Source of the DNA: an uncultured Clostridia bacterium
GTDB taxonomy: Bacteria; Bacillota; Clostridia; Christensenellales; UBA1242
DNA: 64,000 nt
Direction of reading: 5' to 3'
Assembly (NCBI GenBank): GCA_944362965.1
Contig: CALVTR010000002.1
Location: 16,145 to 80,144, forward strand
Under the pieces are notes generated by a model. It worked only from the letters and a program-made list of their open reading frames with translations. It made no database searches and was not told the origin of the DNA. A program made the position numbers and the translations under genes. Below, one piece after another: positions 8,725 to 17,352 of the stretch; within the stretch, counting starts at the first letter, position 1, and each line of letters starts with the position of its first letter.

Positions 8725-9309
8725 TTAGGTTTTATTTGTCTTAAGCTCTCCCGTTTTTGCAAGCTCTGCATGTTTCTTTTTGCTTAAAATGATTGCATTA
8801 AGTAAAGAATACACAACATCAAAAAGCGAAATTGACATTATAAGTTTCACTGCAAATTGACAAACTTCGCGGTTATAGGACACGGTGTCATTAAGTGATA
8901 ATGACGCGGTGGGTTTTTGATTTTTGACATTGGTCAAAAATATTGTTATTGCGAAGTTGACAAGCCCCGCAAGCATGGCGGATAGAAAGGCATCTTTGAC
9001 GCCGATATTATAAAACACTGAAATCTCTTTCAACCTTGTTTTATCTTTTATCTCCTGCAAGAGTGTTTCCATGAAAATAACTTCACTGCTTTGAAAGTCC
9101 ATTTCTTTTGTCTCTATTGCATCGTCACTTTTTGTTATAATCTTCTTTCCCTTAATCCAAAACTGCTCGTGCAGAAGCTTCTTTTTATACAAAAATACGC
9201 CCAGTGCACCAGAAAAATCAAGGACGTTAAAAGATACCCTTGCTTCAAGTTTTATTGGCAGGAAAAACAAAATTATTAGAAAAAATGGAATTAAAAGATA
9301 GTAGTTCAC
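8725..9309 (-). CDS. DUF2953/YtfI-like sporulation membrane protein
   Basis: N-terminal TM helix and position directly upstream of ytfJ, as in Bacillus ytfI-ytfJ. GTG start overlaps the gpr stop. Confidence 0.5.
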   Translation of the reverse strand: MNYYLLIPFFLIILFFLPIKLEARVSFNVLDFSGALGVFLYKKKLLHEQFWIKGKKIITKSDDAIETKEMDFQSSEVIFMETLLQEIKDKTRLKEISVFYNIGVKDAFLSAMLAGLVNFAITIFLTNVKNQKPTASLSLNDTVSYNREVCQFAVKLIMSISLFDVVYSLLNAIILSKKKHAELAKTGELKTNKT

Positions 9310-10055
9310 TTTAGCACCTCGTAGATTGCGTTTGCTATTATTTCGCCTGCTATAGCCACGTTTTCTCGTATGTCCTTTGGTGCTAGGACTAAATCCTGCG
9401 GGCTGTTTTCATTAAGATCGCTTGCAAAAATCATAAATGGCACACCTATTGAAAGGCATGGCACGCCCATAGTGTCTTGGTCAATACGTCTTGAAAATCT
9501 GGCAACACCGCTGCCCGGCGTCATGCCGCTGGTGGTTATTTGAAAAGAGCATCCAAGTCTTTTGGGATTATTTGTTGTTAGGCTATCAATTATTATACAG
9601 TAGTCTATATACATACACTTAACAAGCATTTCAACCATATCAACCGTTTCAATCCCTGTTGAGAAAAAGATATTTGGACAGAATTTATAGATATTATTTG
9701 CCTTATTTAATACGTCTATTGTGATGTTATCAAAAACTTCCTTACCAAGTCTATCTGCCGCAATATCAGGGTTTCCAAGACATACGATAAGAACCTTATC
9801 TTTATGGCGAAGGCGAAGATTTTTCATAAATTTCTTTAGGTGCTCAGATAAATTTTCAGAAATAAAGGCATGACAATCTATGCCATAATCATAAAGTCTT
9901 GGGCAATTCAAAATAAAATATTCCCCTTCACGCATATCGCTTTTTTCATCTTCAACATTCAAAATGCCCGTGCTTATACCAAATTTCTCAAGCTTTTTGA
10001 CAGTATAGCCAACGCTTTCTAGGTCTTTTCCGCACTCATCAATCAAATCATACAT
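9306..10055 (-). CDS. gpr: germination protease GPR (peptidase A25), short form
   Basis: LIVCLGNPDIAADRLG and IIIDSL...FQITTSGMTPGSGV match the GPR GLGN..TPDALGP / IQISDTGI.PGSGV signatures. Divergent from rpsT, as in Bacillus. Confidence 0.7.
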   Translation of the reverse strand: MYDLIDECGKDLESVGYTVKKLEKFGISTGILNVEDEKSDMREGEYFILNCPRLYDYGIDCHAFISENLSEHLKKFMKNLRLRHKDKVLIVCLGNPDIAADRLGKEVFDNITIDVLNKANNIYKFCPNIFFSTGIETVDMVEMLVKCMYIDYCIIIDSLTTNNPKRLGCSFQITTSGMTPGSGVARFSRRIDQDTMGVPCLSIGVPFMIFASDLNENSPQDLVLAPKDIRENVAIAGEIIANAIYEVLK

Positions 10056-10096
10056 AACTATATTTTGATTATTTTTTAAAAAATTATTTATTTTAC

Positions 10097-10125
10097 TTGA
10101 TTTTATTATTTTATTGTGTTATACT
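10097..10125 (+). promoter_or_regulatory. sigma-A-type promoter of rpsT (TTGATT-17-TATACT)
   Basis: -35 at 10097-10102, -10 at 10120-10125, 27 nt before the ATG. Confidence 0.6.
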
Positions 10126-10152
10126 CTTAGAGAAATTTTAAAGGAGAATACT

Positions 10153-10428
10153 ATGCCTAATATTAAATCAGCAGAAAAAAGAGTTAAAATAATTGAAAAG
10201 AAAACTGCTCAAAACAAATCTGTAAAGAGCAAAATTTCAACTTATATTAAAAAATTTAAGGCTGCAATCGAAAATAAAGATATAGAAGTCGCTGAAGTTG
10301 CTTTGGGCGATGTTGTTTCTTTGCTTGACAAAGCAGCTAGTGATAACGTTATACATAAGAATAACGCTGATAGAAGAAAAGCTCACTATGCTAAACTTTT
10401 AGACGACCTTAAAAAAGAAGCTAAATAA
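10153..10428 (+). CDS. rpsT: 30S ribosomal protein S20
   Basis: MPNIKSAEKRVKIIEKK... Start set at the Met with AAAGGAG SD (the track ORF starts 39 nt earlier). Confidence 0.9.
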   Translation: MPNIKSAEKRVKIIEKKTAQNKSVKSKISTYIKKFKAAIENKDIEVAEVALGDVVSLLDKAASDNVIHKNNADRRKAHYAKLLDDLKKEAK

Positions 10429-10523
10429 GTTGAACTTAAAGAAATACAAAATAGAAGGATTAAAAAGTCCTTTTATTTTTTTCAATATTATAAACGTTTT
10501 TTAAAAATCATTTTTTGTTAAAT

Positions 10524-10556
10524 AAAAATCCACCATTTAAGCTAGTGGATTTTTTT
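10524..10556 (+). terminator. intrinsic terminator after rpsT
   Basis: AAAAATCCAC...GTGGATTTTTT stem followed by a T-run. Confidence 0.6.
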
Positions 10557-10640
10557 AAACAATTATACAATTTTTTTAAGAAATATAAAAAAATAGCTTA
10601 AAATTAGTCAAAATACGACAAAAATTATCATAATTATATC

Positions 10641-10669
10641 TTGATTTTTGTGTTTTTGTATGTTACAAT
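10641..10669 (+). promoter_or_regulatory. sigma-A-type promoter (TTGATT-17-TACAAT)
   Basis: -35 at 10641-10646, -10 at 10664-10669, upstream of the 10698 gene. Confidence 0.55.
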
Positions 10670-10697
10670 TATTGCCTATCGCGTAAAGGAAAAGAAT

Positions 10698-11120
10698 ATG
10701 GAAAGTGTATTACAAGAAAAATATAGTGTAACTCGAGAAAAACTAAACTTTAAGAAAATAGATATAAGAAAAACCCAAAATCAAGATTATGGATATCTTA
10801 AAACTAAGAAAATTTTAAAAGAATTTAGTGCGTTAAAAGGAAACTACATTTCAGCTGAAGAGATGTATGCTTTTTCGTTGTCACATAATTCTAGAGAAGA
10901 TATTGAGCTTGTGTATGAAAATATTGCTTGCTCATACTCTGCTGAGTATATCTATAAATTTGCAAACTTCTTTGCAAGCGAACTATCATTAAGGCAGATG
11001 CGTGAACTCTATAGCAGATTTGTTGACACAGGCAATGAAATCTATATAAGCAAATTTATTAAAGATGTTTTGCCTAAAATCAACGCTAAAGATTATTCTG
11101 ATGAAGAAAGATATTGCTAA
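10698..11120 (+). CDS. hypothetical protein
   Basis: 140 aa from MESVLQEK with AAAGGAAAAG SD. No motif recognised. Confidence 0.6.
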   Translation: MESVLQEKYSVTREKLNFKKIDIRKTQNQDYGYLKTKKILKEFSALKGNYISAEEMYAFSLSHNSREDIELVYENIACSYSAEYIYKFANFFASELSLRQMRELYSRFVDTGNEIYISKFIKDVLPKINAKDYSDEERYC

Positions 11121-11155
11121 AAAAATCACGGAAGCAAAATTTCCGTGATTTTTTG
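11121..11155. terminator. bidirectional intrinsic terminator
   Basis: ATCACGGAA/TTCCGTGAT stem flanked by an A-run and a T-run, between convergent genes. Confidence 0.75.
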
Positions 11156-11203
11156 TTGTCTTTAAATATTTTAAGTTATAAGTTGTGATAATTTCAAATT
11201 ATC

Positions 11204-11740
11204 TTAGTAATTTAAGTCAATAAGACCAAATTTGCCATCTTTTCTTCTGTAAAGAACATTGATTTTGCCTGTTTCTGCGTTTAAGAACACATAGAAATCA
11301 TGTCCAAGACGCTCTATAGCAAATCTTGCATCGTCAACAAGCATTGGGTCAAGGTCAAAGGTCTTTTTCTTGTAAATTGTTGGGAGCTCTTCTGGCTCTT
11401 CTTCAATAAACTCGAATGGCAAGAAGTTTTCTTGTTTTGAACCTTTTGCCTTCTTTTCCTTTCTCTTCTCATTATTTCGAACGATTTGTTTTTCAAGTTT
11501 TGGAAGTGCATAGTCTATATTATCATACATATTATCGCTTGATACTTCACTTCTATATAATAAACCTTTGCTTGTGATTGTTATTTCAAGCTTTTCTTGT
11601 TTTGCTTCCTTTTGACATACTACCTTAGCGTTTACGTCATCGTCAAAATACTTTGAAAGTCTTTCTAGTTTTTCATTTAAAATTCTTTCAAGTCTTTGAG
11701 AAACTTTGTAGCCACCTCTTGCTAGAATATCTATTTTCAT
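11204..11740 (-). CDS. hpf: ribosome hibernation promoting factor (long HPF)
   Basis: N-terminal S30AE/YfiA domain (MKIDILARGGYKVSQRLE...) plus C-terminal dimerisation domain (DFYVFLNAETGKINVLYRRKDGKFGLI). TAGGAGG SD. Confidence 0.85.
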   Translation of the reverse strand: MKIDILARGGYKVSQRLERILNEKLERLSKYFDDDVNAKVVCQKEAKQEKLEITITSKGLLYRSEVSSDNMYDNIDYALPKLEKQIVRNNEKRKEKKAKGSKQENFLPFEFIEEEPEELPTIYKKKTFDLDPMLVDDARFAIERLGHDFYVFLNAETGKINVLYRRKDGKFGLIDLNY

Positions 11741-11883
11741 AATATTTCCTCCTATATTTTTATATTAGCAAATTTATAGAAAAAAACAAAATAAATTTAA
11801 GAAATGTTGATTTATTTATTAAAAATATTTAATTAAAACCACTTTCTAACTTGAATTTTTAAATATGCTCGAGCGAAGAAAAA

Positions 11884-11974
11884 GGCGGCGGAAGGAACGC
11901 AAGTTTTTGCGTTCCCATAATAAAACCGCATGGTTTTATTATGAAATTTTGTTTTCAAAATTTGTTCCGCCGCC
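11884..11974. other. closed four-way-junction structured element, copy A
   Basis: 10-bp closing stem GGCGGCGGAA/TTCCGCCGCC around three abutting perfect hairpins (9, 12 and 8 bp; loops GTTT, GCAT, TTTT). Confidence 0.7.
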
Positions 11975-12070
11975 CCTAGTTTCAATCAAGCACAAATACT
12001 TGTAAATTACCATATTTCTTAATTTTAATCAAATTAAGTTTTTATCACAAAACAACTAAAGCTAGACCTA

Positions 12071-14527
12071 TTAGTCATTTGTGAAAGTAAGTTTTCCGTC
12101 TTGCTCGTCAATAATGATTTCCCCTTCATTCTTAAGCTCGCCAAGCAAGATTTTTTCTGCAATTTGGTCTTCAACTTCTTGTTGAATATATCTTTTAAGT
12201 GGTCTTGCACCATACTCTGAATTTGAACCCTTCTCTACGATAAAGGTAAGAGCATCTTCTGTTATCTTAAGTGAAAGGTTCTTCTCTTTAAGTCGTTTAT
12301 TTATATTAGAGATTAGTATCTTGGCAATCTTGACAAGGTCATCATGTGAAAGTGGGTCAAAGATGCAAATAACGTCTATACGATTGATAAATTCTGGTTT
12401 AAACTTGCTTTTTAAGGCGTCCATATAGATAGCTTTTGAGTCAATAACTTCATCATCTTCTTGTCCGCCAAAGCCAAGTTGTTTGCGATGCTCTTTAACT
12501 TCCTTTGCACCTAAGTTGCTTGTCATGATGATGATAGTGTTCTTAAAAGATACCGTTCTGCCCTGACCATCGGTCAAACGCCCATCATCAAGGATTTGAA
12601 GCAGAGCATTTAGAACGTCTGGGTGTGCCTTTTCAATTTCATCAAAGAGCACTACTGAATATGGGTGACGACGAATCTGCTCGGTGAGCTGTCCGCCTTC
12701 GTCATAGCCAACATATCCTGGAGGTGAACCTATGAGTTTTGAAACTGAATGAGGCTCCATATACTCACTCATATCAATACGAACAATGTTGTTTTCGTCA
12801 TCAAACATAGCTTCTGCAATAGCCTTGCAAAGTTCTGTTTTACCAACGCCTGTTTGTCCCATAAATAAGAATGAGCCTATTGGACGCTTGCTATCTTGAA
12901 GTCCTACTCTTGAACGTCTGATTGCCTTAGCAACGGCGTCAACTGCAGCATTTTGACCAACTACACGTTTATGCAAGATATCTTCAAGGTGAAGTAGTCT
13001 GTCTTTTTCGCTTTCTGTTATCTTTGTTACAGGTATACCCGTCCACTTAGATACAACCGCTGCAATTTCATTTGCTCCGATTGAGTTTTTATTTGACTTT
13101 TCCTTTTTAACATCAAACTTCTCTTCTTTCTTCTTTAAGTCATTTTCAAGATTGATTATCTCTGATTGAAGACGAGCAGCCTTTTCGTAGTTACGCTGCA
13201 AACTTGCCTCGTCGCGGCTTGCTGATAGTGATTTGATTTTATCTTCAAGCGACCTTATCTCCTGTGGCTTTAGTGTGTAGTTCACTTTTGCCTTTGAGCT
13301 TGCCTCGTCTATAAGGTCAATAGCCTTATCTGGCAAGCTTCTATCTGAGATATATCTATCAGAAAGAACGGCTGCAGCTTCTATTGCTTCGTCTGTGATT
13401 GTGATTTTATGGAAGGCTTCATAGCTATCTCGGAGCCCTTTTAAAATTTGTATGGTTTGCTCAACCGATGGTGGATTTACCATAATTGGTTGAAAACGTC
13501 GCTCAAGAGCCTTGTCCTTTTCAATGAATTTACGATATTCGTCGGTTGTTGTAGCCCCGATAGTTTGAAGCTCTCCCCTTGCAAGATATGGCTTTAACAT
13601 ATCAGCAGGAGATGTTTCACCTTTCTCTGAGCCTGCTTGGGCAAGAGTGTGAATTTCATCTATAAAGACAATGATATTTTTGCTTGCAATGATGGTTTCA
13701 ATGGCATCTTTGAGTTTTTCTTCCATTGAACCACGATATTTTGTGCCTGCCATAAGTCCGCCTATCTCTAGTGCATAGACAACCTTATCTTTTAAAACTT
13801 CTGGCACGTCACCTGACACGATTGCCTGTGCAAGACCTTCAACGACCGCTGTTTTACCAACGCCCGCCTCACCTATAAGCACAGGGTTATTCTTGGTTTT
13901 ACGGCAAAGAATTTCAACCACACGTTGTATCTCTTCTTCACGACCTATAACTGGGTCGAGTTTATGTTCCTTTGCCTTCAAGGTGATATCTGTGCCCATT
14001 TCAAGCAGTTTGTCAGGCAATGTGCTACCTGCTTGCTTATTTGCCGATTGCTCGCCTTTTTCTTCGCTAGTGTTTGGGCTTGCCGACATAAGTGCTTTTG
14101 TGACCTTATCACGAAGACGCTCTATATCAACGCCATACTGTCCAACAAGTATTCTATAGGCAACGCTGCCTGTGCTTGACAAAAGTGCAAGAAGAAGGTG
14201 CTCTGTGCCAAGAAATGAATGGTTCATTTGAAGAGCTATTTGCTGAGCTATTCTGAATAAATCCTTTGTTCTTGGTGTCATTTCAACTTCGTCTGAAAAA
14301 AGAATATTGTCTTCGCTGACATTGTCTTCAAAGAACTCAAACAAGCTTGGTTCTGTGACGCCAACTTCGGCTAAATACTGGCTGGCAAGGCAATCTTTAA
14401 CGCTTGTTAGCCCATATAAAATATGTTCACTTCCGATTAGGTTTGAGCCAAAACGGAGTGCAAATTTGCTGGCATTTTTTATAACCTTTTGTATGTTATC
14501 TGAAAATGCTGATGATTGATAATTCAT
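12071..14527 (-). CDS. clpC: ATP-dependent Clp protease ATP-binding subunit ClpC
   Basis: 818 aa. Two Clp_N repeats, two AAA+ modules ([16 protein letters not shown]), UVR-like middle region. Follows mcsB. Confidence 0.9.
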   Translation of the reverse strand: MNYQSSAFSDNIQKVIKNASKFALRFGSNLIGSEHILYGLTSVKDCLASQYLAEVGVTEPSLFEFFEDNVSEDNILFSDEVEMTPRTKDLFRIAQQIALQMNHSFLGTEHLLLALLSSTGSVAYRILVGQYGVDIERLRDKVTKALMSASPNTSEEKGEQSANKQAGSTLPDKLLEMGTDITLKAKEHKLDPVIGREEEIQRVVEILCRKTKNNPVLIGEAGVGKTAVVEGLAQAIVSGDVPEVLKDKVVYALEIGGLMAGTKYRGSMEEKLKDAIETIIASKNIIVFIDEIHTLAQAGSEKGETSPADMLKPYLARGELQTIGATTTDEYRKFIEKDKALERRFQPIMVNPPSVEQTIQILKGLRDSYEAFHKITITDEAIEAAAVLSDRYISDRSLPDKAIDLIDEASSKAKVNYTLKPQEIRSLEDKIKSLSASRDEASLQRNYEKAARLQSEIINLENDLKKKEEKFDVKKEKSNKNSIGANEIAAVVSKWTGIPVTKITESEKDRLLHLEDILHKRVVGQNAAVDAVAKAIRRSRVGLQDSKRPIGSFLFMGQTGVGKTELCKAIAEAMFDDENNIVRIDMSEYMEPHSVSKLIGSPPGYVGYDEGGQLTEQIRRHPYSVVLFDEIEKAHPDVLNALLQILDDGRLTDGQGRTVSFKNTIIIMTSNLGAKEVKEHRKQLGFGGQEDDEVIDSKAIYMDALKSKFKPEFINRIDVICIFDPLSHDDLVKIAKILISNINKRLKEKNLSLKITEDALTFIVEKGSNSEYGARPLKRYIQQEVEDQIAEKILLGELKNEGEIIIDEQDGKLTFTND

Positions 14528-14531
14528 AATT

Positions 14532-15539
14532 TTAAACCCCCTTTGTTAATTCTCTGACCTTGTTAGATATATACTCCGCTCTTATGATATTTTCCTTTTT
14601 TTTATCATAAAATTCAAAAATTTCTTTTAAATTCGCGCTCATGCCTTCATAATACAATTTTTGATATTTTTCGTCGGAAAATATATCTATAAAGCCTAGC
14701 ACTTGACCAAGCTTTACAAGGGATAAAAGCTCTATCATTTCGTCTTCTTTTAGTATATGGCAGTTTGTAAGCGTTCCATAGGCGCGGCAAATTTTATCTT
14801 TGTATAGGTCATAATCGTTTTCTAGTAGAAGCTCTCTTAGCTCACGTTCCTTACTGCAAACTGAATATATGAACTCGCTGACCTTATCTATGATTTCATC
14901 TTCACTTAGTCCTAGTGAGCCTTGATTTGAAATTTGATAAAAGTAGCCTAGTGCCTTGCTGCCTTCGCCATATATACCGCGAACGGTCAGCCCATCTTCT
15001 TTTGCAAGTGTGATTATTTCGTCTATCTTTCCTGTAAGCTCGCACGCCGGCAAAAAACACATGACAGATGCTCTCATGCCTGTGCCAAGATTTGACGGGC
15101 TTGCTGTGATAAAGCCAAGCTCACTATCAAAGGCGATTGGCATGCTTTTTAGAATTTCGTCATCAATCTTGCTTATACGTCTGTATGGCTTATACAAATT
15201 AAAACCTTTTTCAAGGCATTGCTCACGTATATGGTCTTCTTCATTTATCATGACGATTATCTTTTCATCTTCGCTGATTGCGACTGATGAGATATCTTTA
15301 TTTTCTATAAGCTCCTTACTTATAAGGTGTTTTTCAAAGAGTGCATTACATTCATTGAGTGATAAGTCTTTTAGTGACATACAGTTGAAAACGTCAAACT
15401 CTTCAAGTGTTTTCATGACAGAGTTTGTGATATACTTTGCGTCTATATCACTTTGGAGCTTTGTGTAGAATTTCAATCCTTCTATATTGCGTGCAAGGCG
15501 AATACGCGAAGTGATGGCGATATTATCAAATATTTCCAT
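14532..15539 (-). CDS. mcsB: protein arginine kinase McsB (ATP:guanido phosphotransferase)
   Basis: NEEDHIREQ and GTGMRAS motifs. Start set at MEIFDNIAITSRIRLARN (AAGGTGG SD). Confidence 0.85.
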   Translation of the reverse strand: MEIFDNIAITSRIRLARNIEGLKFYTKLQSDIDAKYITNSVMKTLEEFDVFNCMSLKDLSLNECNALFEKHLISKELIENKDISSVAISEDEKIIVMINEEDHIREQCLEKGFNLYKPYRRISKIDDEILKSMPIAFDSELGFITASPSNLGTGMRASVMCFLPACELTGKIDEIITLAKEDGLTVRGIYGEGSKALGYFYQISNQGSLGLSEDEIIDKVSEFIYSVCSKERELRELLLENDYDLYKDKICRAYGTLTNCHILKEDEMIELLSLVKLGQVLGFIDIFSDEKYQKLYYEGMSANLKEIFEFYDKKKENIIRAEYISNKVRELTKGV

Positions 15540-15696
15540 TGCCACCCACCTTTTTGCCCTTGTGTTTCTTATCGCCATACATCTTTTTTACTGCTAGTTT
15601 TAGCTCGGGTATTTCTTGATAACAATGACTGCAACCAACAAACCCTGTTTGCAGAATTTCATTGTAAGTTGTGTTACAATATGGACATTTGCTCAT
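15526..15696 (-). CDS. mcsA: McsA-like zinc-ribbon protein (short; single CxxC...CxxC unit)
   Basis: MSKCPYCNTTYNEILQTGFVGCSHCY... directly upstream of and overlapping mcsB. Start set at the Met preceded by TGGTATAAT-N6. Confidence 0.6.
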   Translation of the reverse strand: MSKCPYCNTTYNEILQTGFVGCSHCYQEIPELKLAVKKMYGDKKHKGKKVGGNGNI

Positions 15697-15702
15697 GGCT
15701 AT

Positions 15703-15711
15703 ATTATACCA
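15703..15711 (-). promoter_or_regulatory. extended -10 promoter (TGGTATAAT) placed 6 nt before the mcsA ATG (leaderless layout)
   Basis: Minus strand reads TGGTATAAT-ATAGCC-ATG. No SD. Confidence 0.5.
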
Positions 15712-15884
15712 TATTTTTATAATATTTCTAGCAAAATACATATAATTATTTCAATTTTTATTAAGAAGAGCCAAAAGAGACCCAAAGGCAGAAGAAAAAA
15801 GGCTAGAAAAAGAAAGACAAGATAGAATTGACGATTTACAACAATTTTAAAAGACTTGTGGTTCTATAAGATACGAATATATAC

Positions 15885-15930
15885 AAAAAACATATCATTT
15901 GAAGTTTCACTTCACTTTGATATGTTTTTT
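15885..15930. terminator. bidirectional intrinsic terminator
   Basis: AAAAAACATATCA...TGATATGTTTTTT long interrupted hairpin downstream of the 16000-16641 gene. Confidence 0.65.
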
Positions 15931-15999
15931 GTTTGTCTTATATTAAGTTTTATAGGTTTATTTATTAAAGAAATTCGTTATTTGAACTCCACCTTGCTT

Positions 16000-16641
16000 T
16001 TAAATAGGTCCCATAGGAGCAGTGCAAAACATTGCTACTATCGGAGCTACCATCTCTAGCCCAAAAAATATCCAGCCGACCATTTCAACTACCTTGTAAT
16101 TTTCTACTCTGTTATATACTTCGTCAAAGTTCTTTAACACTCCACTTCCGTCATTTATCGTTACAAATTGTTCTACTGTTACAGCTCGCCTAAATTCAAT
16201 TAAATATTGTTCTTCTATCCATTCATACTGTGCTATGTTTATCTCACCATTTTCATACTGATTTCTTGCAGTTACAACAGTGTTTTGATAGAGATTTTTT
16301 AATCTATTCCACTCGTTTTGACTGAGAACAATCTCTTCTGAATTATCCTTGTCGGTCAATACCACTTTGTCTGAATTGTCTTCAACATAATCACATATGG
16401 CATTATTATCACTATATATCTTATGCCCTTCAAAAGCATTTAATTTGTCATCTTCTATATTTCGCAAAACACTTCCTGTTATACCTGCGGTTAGTGGTCC
16501 TAAAGCCAACGCAGCACCAAGTGAACATAACGATACAAAGCCTATTTTGTCTAAAACTGTGCCTATTTTGTTTAAAACTGCTTTTGCTCTCTTTTTTGCC
16601 CGTTCCCTACAAAATTGTTTAAAATATTCGTCTTCTGTCAT
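16000..16641 (-). CDS. hypothetical membrane protein (2 predicted TM segments)
   Basis: 213 aa. AAAGGAG SD 7 nt upstream. TM-like FVSLCSLGAALALGPLTAGITG and GWIFFGLEMVAPIVAMF. Confidence 0.65.
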   Translation of the reverse strand: MTEDEYFKQFCRERAKKRAKAVLNKIGTVLDKIGFVSLCSLGAALALGPLTAGITGSVLRNIEDDKLNAFEGHKIYSDNNAICDYVEDNSDKVVLTDKDNSEEIVLSQNEWNRLKNLYQNTVVTARNQYENGEINIAQYEWIEEQYLIEFRRAVTVEQFVTINDGSGVLKNFDEVYNRVENYKVVEMVGWIFFGLEMVAPIVAMFCTAPMGPI

Positions 16642-16699
16642 TTTCTTTCTCCTTTTAATTTTTTAAATTTAAAAGTCGAAATCTTTTTTATTCTCTAGA

Positions 16700-16748
16700 A
16701 AAACAAAAAAGACAAGACTTTTTTAGCAAAGTCTTGTCTTTGATTTTT
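16700..16748 (-). terminator. strong intrinsic terminator (13-bp stem, T6GT5) inside the leader of the 16000-16641 gene
   Basis: AAGACAAGACTTT/AAAGTCTTGTCTT stem (16709-16740) followed on the minus strand by TTTTTTGTTTTT. Confidence 0.75.
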
Positions 16749-16820
16749 AAGCGGGCTTTTTGCCGTGATGTCGCCTAAAAAACGTTGTGTTTGCAACGCG
16801 ACTACTCCCTTTATGTTTTT

Positions 16821-16848
16821 AGTATAGCACAAAATTTTTATTTGTCAA
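16821..16848 (-). promoter_or_regulatory. sigma-A-type promoter (TTGACA-16-TATACT, TG-extended)
   Basis: -35 at 16843-16848, -10 at 16821-16826. Lies upstream of the terminator above. Confidence 0.55.
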
Positions 16849-16915
16849 CAACTTTTTTAAAATTTTTTTAATTTTTTTGATTTATGCAGTTACAAAGTGA
16901 GCCTATTTTTTATTT

Positions 16916-17266
16916 TTATGACCTTGCTCCGCTTTCAAGCTCTGTTATCAAAAGTTTTATTGAAGCGTCAACTTCACTTTTTATAATTTCCAAATCCTTC
17001 ATAAGTTCACCGCTGTTTAACTTTTTTATGGTATATATCTTGGAGTCAAGAGTGACATCATTTATAGCACGGAAAACATTATCTTGTGCAATATCAAACT
17101 TTTGGATGGTTGCTATTCTGTTTCTAAAGCATGGCAAATCTGTCTTTTCTAGTTTATAAAGTTGTGTAAGCTCTTGCCAAAGTTGGTTTTCTTCTAGTGC
17201 CATCAATATAAGAGTGCACTCATAGTTTAGTCTTATGGCATCATCTCTTGTCACTTTAACTTTCAT
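16916..17266 (-). CDS. hypothetical protein
   Basis: 116 aa from MKVKVTRDD with AGGAG SD. The track ORF starts 45 nt earlier without an SD. Confidence 0.6.
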   Translation of the reverse strand: MKVKVTRDDAIRLNYECTLILMALEENQLWQELTQLYKLEKTDLPCFRNRIATIQKFDIAQDNVFRAINDVTLDSKIYTIKKLNSGELMKDLEIIKSEVDASIKLLITELESGARS

Positions 17267-17352
17267 GTTTTTCTCCTGTCTTATGCAAATAATATACCAT
17301 AAAAATATCATTGTGTCAATAGCAAAAAGATGCTATTAAAGATAGCACCTTT

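Noticed and set aside
11741-11883. Looked for the raiA-motif ncRNA, which is often found upstream of raiA/hpf genes in Firmicutes.
   Set aside because: The stretch next to hpf is AT-rich and unstructured. The nearby structured element (copy A) consists of perfect hairpins without the conserved internal loops I would expect. I cannot confirm this without a covariance-model scan.
14956-15468. 170-aa + strand ORF.
   Set aside because: It is antisense to mcsB and has a shadow-ORF composition (Ser/Ile/Phe-rich). No SD.
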